Shown here: positions 55,513 through 64,000 of the stretch, in pieces
How positions within the stretch are numbered: position 1 is the first letter of the stretch
How the letters are laid out: the number at the start of each line of letters is the position of its first letter
DNA from: Oikopleura dioica
Taxonomy: Eukaryota > Animalia > Chordata
Direction of reading: 5' to 3'
NCBI GenBank assembly: GCA_907165135.1
Contig: OU015566.1
Coordinates: 1,178,001 to 1,242,000 of the forward strand
Length of the DNA: 64,000 nucleotides
Position numbers and translations under genes: made by a program
Notes under the pieces: generated by a model
Told to the model about the DNA's origin: nothing
Seen by the model: the letters and a program-made list of their open reading frames with translations, nothing else
Databases searched by the model: none

Positions 55513-58500
55513 ATGCGCAATGTTCTTTTTGTTTTGGGTCATTATTCTAAACCACTTGCACTATCTTTAAGGCCACTGCATAAAACTCTTTTAGTGGCTG
55601 TTTGTTGTTTTATTCTCATTGTAGTTCTGCAGCACGGAGTGACACATAAACCTTATTTTTGCCATAAACATGTCAAAACGGGGTTTGACCCCTCGGGTTT
55701 GCTCGTTCCTGGCAGAGCCATTTTAACAATTTTCGATTTTAGGGAATTCTAAAAGATCAATTTTCATCAGAAAAGAGTTCTGTTGCTTTTTAGTTGATGT
55801 ACCCAATTAAGGGGGTGGTGGTCGAGAATAAGACCCGGTTTTTCTAAAAAATTCAAAAAGGATTCAGAAAATTGTTCGTGAAGCCTGTTGAAACGAAAAA
55901 AATTGCCTCTCACTCAGTTTCAGACCATAATTTTGACAAAAGAATATAAAAGTAGAGACAAAAATCCGCAAAATTCACTTTTTGGGGGAACTTTGAGCGA
56001 TTTTTTCTCGAATTTTTTAAGGAAAATATAACCTAAACTCCACGCTATTGCATCGACTCAACCTTTATCTCTTCGAAAACTAAAGAAAAATATTCGTATA
56101 AAGGTGGTTTTTGCTCAATCTTGGTCAAAATGAACCCTTTTTCTCCTCCACCACCCCTTCAAGCTACATTAAATCAGGTACCTGAGGTATATTTTTATGT
56201 ATATTTTAAAATTTCAGTTTTTAGCAGAAAAACTTCAATGGGTCTGATGATGTAGTTTCTGTTCCGAAAATGTCATGCCTACAAATAAACCAACTCATAA
56301 AGTACCCCGTTAATTTTGAGGTCTTAGGTCAGAAATCGACCCTGCTCTCTGTCACCATCGCGCTCGCGCTTTTCGAACTCACAAAAAACGTGACAGCGCC
56401 ACCTAGTCCGTTGCGGATTCTAGGGCGCGGCGGCGCGGCGGAGGGCAAAATTTGTCGGTAAGCAAAACGGTCGAATATAGCGGAAAGAGCGCGAGAAAAA
56501 ATACTCAGAAGACAAACTTTTATTTTTTTGTAATTTTTGAGAGAGACTTAACGATTTAAAAGAACCAAAAATGAAGATTTCAAGGATCGGTGACATGTTT
56601 TTTGACTAAAAATTTATCGGTTATAAGGGGAGGTAGCTAGAATTCTCGAAAATTTCGAAAAGCATTAAGAGAAGGGTCATCAATTTTCGGATTTTTCGAA
56701 ACTTAAAAAAGCTGAAAAACCTAATTGAATAAAAGAAAATCGATTTTTCGGGTGAAAAGAAAAAGGTTCAAAAATTCATCAAAATATATAAAAATAAATT
56801 TTGTTGAAAAATTTAGTTAAAAATCGGGTAAATCGAGGGGGGCATTTTTTCGAAATTTCATCAAAAGGATCGATTCTTTTCAAATCTAAATGTTTGGTTC
56901 TTTTTCCGAAAAAATGCCTTAATCGCAGCCTTTGCTTCATCCATAGCTGTTCTAATGACAAAGATAATGCGTCAAAACATCTGCCCAAAATTTCTGGCTA
57001 GAACGTGCTGATGACTTTTTTACAATGCGCAATTTTTTCAGCCCCCTTTTTCGAGGGTCTTTCAAATCCTTTCATCCCAAAATTGAGCCCCTCGCTAAAA
57101 CCCCTTGCGTCTTTACGTCACGTGGCTTGATCCGCCGTTCTTTCCGGCGCATGGAATCGTTATCATTTTTTGCTTCTTTAGGGGTTAAATGGCTTCAAAG
57201 TTTATTTTGCGAAAAACGAAAAATCCACTGTCCCACGTTGCATAAGCCATAAGCGGGTAGTTATGTGATTGTTGATAACAAAGGGAATAGAATGCTGAGG
57301 TACAAGAGAATGAAGCTGATTACAAACTAAGTAGGGGATTATCCCCTTTCTTGATAACATAATAAATGATTTTCCTAGCTGTCTAAATTCAAAACTATTA
57401 ATAGAAAAACTATTTTACAAACGAAAGAGACTGTACCCAAAATTAATGTTGCAAAAATAGAAGGTTTTTGATAAAAAAAATTGGAATACAATTGGTTCGG
57501 AATTTTGAGCGTGTTGTAAAATCGCCTGTTAATAAAGTCCCACCCTTAATATGATTCAATTGATCGTGCGTTCGGATAAACAAAGAGGATGAAAAGTCAC
57601 AAGAAATTTGAAACTGCGGGGCAGATCCGACAAGAAGAACGAACTCTCAGAATCTGGGTTCCGATTCGCCGAAAGGCCAAATACAGCAATCTTATTGGCG
57701 ATCAAAGATTATATTTGAAAAATGGTATTTTCTTTATTTTCACCTCGATATTTTGGTTTAGACTAGAAATTGATATTTTGTATCAGAAAACCGAAAAAAT
57801 GCGATGCAAAAATGAAAAGTGATAAGATAAGGACTGAGTTAGATCGGCTCGCATGACTGAGATAATTGCTACTTCTTTGGTCTTAGAACTTAAAAATAGG
57901 AAATTCATAACGACCTCTTCTTTTTTTGAATGTTTTCGAATGACGAGAAAATTCCAAAGAGCAAAGGGAAAAGGAAGAAAAACAGGATTTCGAAAAAAAG
58001 ACTTTTTCAGAGTTATTTTTGTTTCGAGTCAGAAAAAGGGATCTAAGAGGGTTGGAATAATAAGGGTCATGCAACGTGGTAGAGGAATTGATTTCGGAAT
58101 CTGATCATCATTTTTTTGATTTTTTTCAAATTGTCATCGAAAAAAGCCTTTTGCCGATTCTTTTTGGAACTTCAAACACAAAATTGACCGATGGCGGTAT
58201 CGCACACCACAAGGTAAATCAAACAAAAGTTTTTCGAAAAAAAATTTTGTTGCAAATTTTTCTTTAAAATTTTTAAATAAAAATTCTTGATCTAATCTCT
58301 CGTTTTCTTTAGAATATTCTTGACGGAGCAGATTTGACTTCAATCATTCCGGCGCGATTGGAATATGCAGCAGCAGCGCGAAATCCCCTTCCAAATCCGC
58401 GTTTCATTTTCCACAATAAAATTCCAAAGTGCGGATCGACCACCATGGCGAATATTCTCGCAGCTTTGGAGACGACGAACAATTTCAATCTCATTCACTA

Positions 58501-61500
58501 TCATCCCTGTATCAAATCTCGTAAGTATCGAATTCTAGGGACATTTACAGACATTTAAAGACATTCAAGGTCATAGGCTATTATTCATAAGGATTTGAGT
58601 CATAGGCTAAGACTCATATAATGAGTCATATGATATGACTTATCATAAATGAATCATCTCATATGATATGAGTCACAGTCTATGATAATATGACTCATTT
58701 TATATTTTAAATTATAAATGAGTCATATGAGTCATAGACTATGAATCATATGAGCCACATACGTAATGGACATCCATTTGCCCTTTTAGACATCATTACA
58801 TCAAATGACATTTCGAGTTAAAAATAAAATAACCGTAAAATTCTCATGTTTAGTTAATAATTGATGACATCGTGAGTTCATTGCTTCTGATACGTTTTCG
58901 TTACTTTGTTTTATTTTCAGCAAACTGTCCTTGATTATTATCGCAAACTTGAGCGACCTAACACACAACAAATTTAATCTGGGTTTGGCCATGTGCTTTG
59001 TTTTGCGAAAAAACACGGTCGGTTTTCTAACGGGAAACTCGTGTTTTCTAAAACCAAGTTCGTCTTTTATTGAGTTTGACTACGGACTGACCACGTTGTA
59101 TATTCCTTATCTAAAGACCTCAAACGAAACGGGAGAAAATTTTTGGTGGCAACGAGAATTGGTGTTTGCAAAAGTGGCTAGATAGGAGAGCATAGAAAAA
59201 ATTGATGACTTTTCAAAAAAAGCTTTTAAAAATTTCTTTATGAAATATAATTTATTTCATTATTTTTTCAAAAAAAAATTATAAAATATCAAAATTATAA
59301 ATATCAAAAAAATTTTTTTTTAAATTAATTATATAATAATTTTTTTTTTGGTTTTGATTATATTAAATTAGAAGTTCCATCCTTAAAAACCCCTTTTATC
59401 CTCTTTTTTGTCATCCGACCCGTTTTTTTATTCAACGTGAAATCGGCCCCGTTTTAAACCGCCATCAACACCCATTTATCATAACGATTTTGTTCAGCTT
59501 GTGACAAAGCACTCGACGGGCGGAAAAACAGCGATTACCTGGCGGACGAGCTTGCGCCCGAAGTTGAAGAAGCCTCAGCTGAAAGACCACTGGTCCTGGT
59601 CAAGGTAGGCATTAACGACTTATCCAGTTGAGAGACGAGCAACAGTTGTTTTTTCTTTGCGGGATTCGAGATTTTTATTCTTCTTTTTTTTAAACTTTCG
59701 GCGTTGGAATTTGCATCAGCAAAGAAAAAACTCGCCTCAAAAAACGTAATCAAACATTTTCAAAACCGCGCACTTAGATTTCTGGTCAAATTGACGCGCT
59801 CAGAACCGTGGTAAAGGCTCAAATACCACATTTTTGGGTTATAAAAAGATGGACGCAGCTGATTTATTGAAGACGTTTTTGATGAGAATCGACTTGTCTT
59901 CTTGATACTTAAGGCTCTCCCAATCCTAAAGGAATTATTTTTCAAATAGTGATTTCGAGGTGATACCCTTAAGATTTTTTAATAATTCAAGAAATTTTTT
60001 TTTCTCAAACAAATCTGATAATTCGAATTAAAAATCGGGGGCCGAAAAAAAACCGCCAAACTGGTCTTTTGACACAAAAAAAAACATGTTAAATATCTTG
60101 TTCAGCATCATCATTTCACGAATTTCACCGCTTACGATTTGGAACAACCAACGATGATCAATGTCGCCCGGGATCCAGTCAATAGGTTTGTCAGTTCATT
60201 CTATTTCAGACGCTTCGGCTTCAACAGAAACGAAGGGGTCAGACGAGAATTTATTGGAAGGAAGAAGCAAGAAATGGTAAGAAGAAAAATTTGTTGATCA
60301 AGATTTTCGACTCGAAAAAAAATGAAAAAATTGATTTTCGACTCGAAAAAAAAAATCCGATTTTCGACTCGAAAAAAAATGAAAAAAATTTTTATTTTTG
60401 ACTCGAAAAAAATGTAAAAAATTTCATTTTTGATTCGAAAAATTGTACTAAAAAGTCATTTTTTTCGCTGTATAAGCACTTTTGCGTCTGTCAAAACGGA
60501 CTTCTTAAAACTTACAGAATCACTTTATCGACCTGATCTCTAGAAAGAGAGGCGCTAGAATCTTTCGAGAAAGATAAGGAGCTTCTAAAAAGTCTAGCTG
60601 GTCTTTAAACTTTTTAATCCACGTGATTAGTTTTGATTTTTGATGTTGCACCAAGAGAGTACGTAGTTGGCCTAATTGAGCGAGCTAAGGAGATAAGCAT
60701 CAGGTGCGATTCGTGATTCTGGATTTATCGGAGATAAGCTTTTTCTCTTTCAAAAAAATGATATATTTTTAGGGACTTGAAGAATGCGTTCTCAGCGAGG
60801 CGCACGAGTGCAGGAACGGGCATAATACTGAACCTTTTTACGAAAAATATTTTTAAAAATTTCATTTAGATTTTTTCTTGAATTTCTGAAAAAATTTTCT
60901 TAAAGATTTTTATAAGAAATTTTCCTTCTTGATTTTTATCAAATTATTTTCTCAAAATCTTTTTCAAAATTTTTAATAAAAAAATCAGTAAAAAACTCGA
61001 AAAAGCGAAGCAGGATCAAATCAAGGACCGGTTCAAAAAAGCTTACAATCCAATTTCAAAAACAAGGAGAACGAAGACGTTTTGTTTATAATTTGTGACT
61101 CAGTCTTGCTCTCATAATTAGGGATTCCCTAATAGGGAAGATTCAATTTTGAACCAGAAATAGCCTTTTTGGAATACATCTGCGGAAGCGACAAATTCTG
61201 GCCGGAATGTGGAAATATTGCAAATGTAAGTCAAAATTTTCATGGAAATTTTTAAGTCAATTTTCGACAGTAGAAATGTAAAAAATTTTTCACAAGAATA
61301 AAACGTGCGCGAGTCATATTTTCGCATATTCAAAAATCAAATCCGTCATCATCAAATCATTTTTTCATCACCTGGTTTCTCAGTACTTGAAAAATCAACT
61401 CGATCAATGAAAATTTGATAAGAAATAAAAAAAAATATCATCCGTTAATTCCTTTTTACTCGTCATTGGTGAGCTTTGCGTGGATTAAGGATGTCGACCC

Positions 61501-63424
61501 CAGATTCAAGAAAATTTTCAAATTTTTGGATTAAGAACTAAGCCTTTAAAAAATCTTCTATAACGTAAGCTAAAGATTATTTCTGAAGTCAGAAGAGAAA
61601 TCAATCGTTAACCTCAAATTTCTCTCGTAAATTTTCTTTGAAAATTATCATAGTGAGACCCTTATTTTCGCAATTTTCGCGATTTTTTCTTTGAAAATAT
61701 GAAAGAATATTTCTCCCTTTTACAGATTTTTTTCGTCAAAAGAAAGCTTTTCTTATCAAATAAAAAACCTCTTTTTCAGTGAAAATAAGGGTGTCACTCT
61801 GAAGAATCAGAATAAGGCGAAAAAGAAATGAATCGATAATCAGTGGAAAAAACTCGATTAGATTGAACGCGTCAACTTTCCGTCGCACCGTTAAATTTCA
61901 TTGTCACCTTTTTATTCAAATTATTTCATCAAATTTTCAAATTTTTTTCTTGAAAAAGTGATGACATAATGTGAAAATTTGGCTCTGACGCAATTTTTCA
62001 CTTTTTCAATTCAAGTCCTTTTTTAATTCAATGAATTTTAGAAACAGATTTGCGACGTGTTTTTAACTAATTTTTTTCCACCGTGTTGATCAAAATTGAT
62101 GTCGTGAAATAATTTTCTCCGTTCCATTCGTTAATTCCTGTTTTAGCCAAAGTCGCGCGAGCGTGCTTTAGAAAGAGCGAAGAAGCACGTTTTGAACGAA
62201 TACCTCGCCATCGGAATCCTCGAAGATATTGAAAACACACTCACGTGAGTATTACACGAAAAAGATGAAATTTTATAATCAAACAGCAAGTTTTGTTTAT
62301 TTTTGAAGGATTTCAAGAAAAATAGAAAAATTAGGAAATATTTTTTTTTTATTTTTATTAAATAAAAATAATAATAAATAAATAGTAAATTATTTTAAAA
62401 AAATTTGAGAATTTTTATTATTCCCAAAAAAAAATTGAGAAATAATTTTTTTTTAAATTAAAAATTTAATTTGAAAAAAAAAATGGTAGAGATTTTTCTA
62501 TGGTTATATAATCACGCTTCAAAATTCTTGAGGCGTTCAAGGAATTTTCAGCTGTCCCTCAGGAATCTTTATGTTGAGTCATTTCGGAATTTTTTCATTC
62601 TTCGTTCTCTTTTCTCTCTGTTTCCCGTTTCCTCATTTTTAACACCGTATAATCTCATTTCCTGACTTCTTTTAGACTCTTCGAGCGAATGGTGCCAACA
62701 GTTTTTCATGGAGCACCGGCGGTTTACCGTGCAATCGGGGAGACCATCACGAACCAGGTACGTTCATCCCGTTTTTAATCCCTTCTCTTGCGCGACCAGA
62801 GCGCGAATTAAAAGAATTGGTTTTCTGTGACTTAACCTCTTTTTTGCGAAAATCACTGTGAAAAAGCTTATAAAAGAAGAAGGCCCTTAACCTTTTTTGG
62901 CGCCCTTGGAAAGTCGCCGAATGTCGTTTAATGTCGCCTTATTTCGCTGAATGTCATCGAATGTCGCCAAATGTCGCCAAATCTTCCTTTTTCTAATAAA
63001 AATACAGACATTTGAAAACTAAGTGGCGTCATTCGGCGACATTTGGTGACATTCAGCGACATTTGGCGACATTCGGTGACATTTAGCGACATTCGGCGCT
63101 ATTCAGCGACATCCAGCGATATTTAGCGACTTTGCCAGTGTCGCCCACCTTTTTTTGATAATTTTTGGAGAACATATTTCTAGCCAATAAAAAATAAACA
63201 TTTTTTGTAGCAACCAATCAAAAATCTTCTCAAAATTTGAAAACCTCTCTTTTGCTTCTCTCATTTTAATCACGCTTCAGACTTCGACTGCTAAAAAAGA
63301 GCCCGTCTCCGCAGAAGTCCGGGAAAAGCTCGAAAAGGGCCCACTCCGCCACCAGGTCGATCTCTACAATTTGATCAAAGCGACTTATGAGCAAAAACTC
63401 CGCGATTTCGGAATCACAAAATAA
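55513..63424 (+). CDS. Golgi carbohydrate sulfotransferase, heparan-sulfate/uronyl 2-O-sulfotransferase-like
   Basis: 5'-PSB HNKIPKCGSTT (58334 ORF); 3'-PB RDPVNRFVSSFYF (~60170); ECV..HEC, YICG..EC, ALERAKKHVLNEYLAIGILED; last exon 63281-63424. The N-terminal TM exon at 55513 is inferred. Confidence 0.88.
55811..56157. mobile_element. MITE family E copy
   Basis: TTAA|GGGGGTGGTGGTCGAGAAT; degenerate right end CTCCACCACCCC. Confidence 0.75.
58590..58770. repeat. Degenerate ATGAGTCAT / TCATATGA palindromic repeat cluster
   Basis: Multiple TGAGTCA/TGACTCA and TCATATGA units in the sulfotransferase intron. Confidence 0.7.
60303..60440. repeat. Tandem repeat, ~25-30-bp unit (TTTTCGACTCGAAAAAAAA..)
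   Basis: About five imperfect copies. Confidence 0.8.
62905..63140. mobile_element. Fold-back element with 10-bp subterminal tandem repeats (AATGTCGCCG)
   Basis: Left arm (GAATGTCGCC)n, right arm (GGCGACATTC/T)n; right terminus ..GCGACTTTGCCAGTG (CACTG on the other strand). Confidence 0.7.
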
Positions 63425-63751
63425 TCTGCTAAAACTAAAGAAGTAGAAATTACTCAAAACACAAAAGAAAAATTAACTGTACATTCATACAACTGTCGAT
63501 TAACTGTACATATTTCAATATTTAAAAAAATGAAAATGTTCTTGATCGGGATGCCCCGAAATGACCTGTGACATTTTTGAAAATCGTTAACCTCACGAAG
63601 AGAGGTTGTGACTCATTATTTGCCTGTATGTCTTTTTTTATACACAAACTTAATATTTATCAATAAAAAGCATTTCTTTCCTTTGGAAAGATTTCTCTGT
63701 ACAATCTTAATTTCCGCCATATTTCTTATTTTTTTATTGAATTTGCATTTA

Positions 63752-64000
63752 AGGGGGTAGGAACAGCTTTTTCCGAAAAAGGCGATTTTTGACCGGCGCT
63801 ACAGACAAGAGAATCTTACATTTTCAAATTATCTCTTCAGGTTTAGATAGATACATCTTAGTTCTAGGAACATCTCTCTCGAAATTTGCTTTAGTCATCA
63901 AATTTTTGAGTAAACGGGCTCAGAAGCAGCTCATCTCTCCGAAATTCTCGATTTTCGCAAATTTTTAAACACGTATATCTCGAGTCCCCTGATAGTTAAA
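63752..64000. mobile_element. Family C MITE, truncated by the window end
   Basis: TTAA|GGGGGTAGGAACAGC..; similar to the reverse complement of 11890-12123. Confidence 0.8.

Noticed and set aside
1-64000. tRNA, rRNA, snRNA or spliced-leader RNA genes
   Set aside because: No cloverleaf with A/B boxes, rRNA signature or SL-exon match recognised by eye; a tRNAscan/Infernal run would be needed to exclude them fully.

Overview
Eukaryotic, AT-rich, gene-dense genomic DNA. Most introns are short (about 40-200 nt), several require non-canonical GA-AG (plus some GC/GG-AG) splice sites, and the larger introns are packed with palindromic MITE-like elements. This combination strongly suggests a larvacean tunicate (Oikopleura-like); that is inference, not a database result. 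Recognisable genes: a trypsin-like S1 protease with a novel Cys/Lys-rich tail, an MS4A/CD20-like membrane protein, a secreted CUB protein, a mucin-like protein, a beta-propeller protein with two tandem alternative 3' modules, an isovaleryl-CoA dehydrogenase-like gene, an LRR protein apparently fused to a multi-pass membrane domain, VGAT/SLC32A1, a divergent class I aldolase, a stand-alone ITIH C-terminal (GDPHF) protein, and an HS2ST/UST-like sulfotransferase. There are also several small orphan genes and an unidentified multi-exon minus-strand locus (~43.8-55.0 kb). I found no transposase, tRNA, rRNA, CRISPR array or prokaryotic operon. Gene models were spliced by hand, so exon boundaries not explicitly stated are approximate. 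Best leads: the duplicated, alternatively usable 3' module of the propeller gene, the LRR-multi-TM receptor candidate, the stand-alone GDPH protein, the AG|GA donor rule, and the TTAA-flanked (Kolobok-like) MITE swarm.
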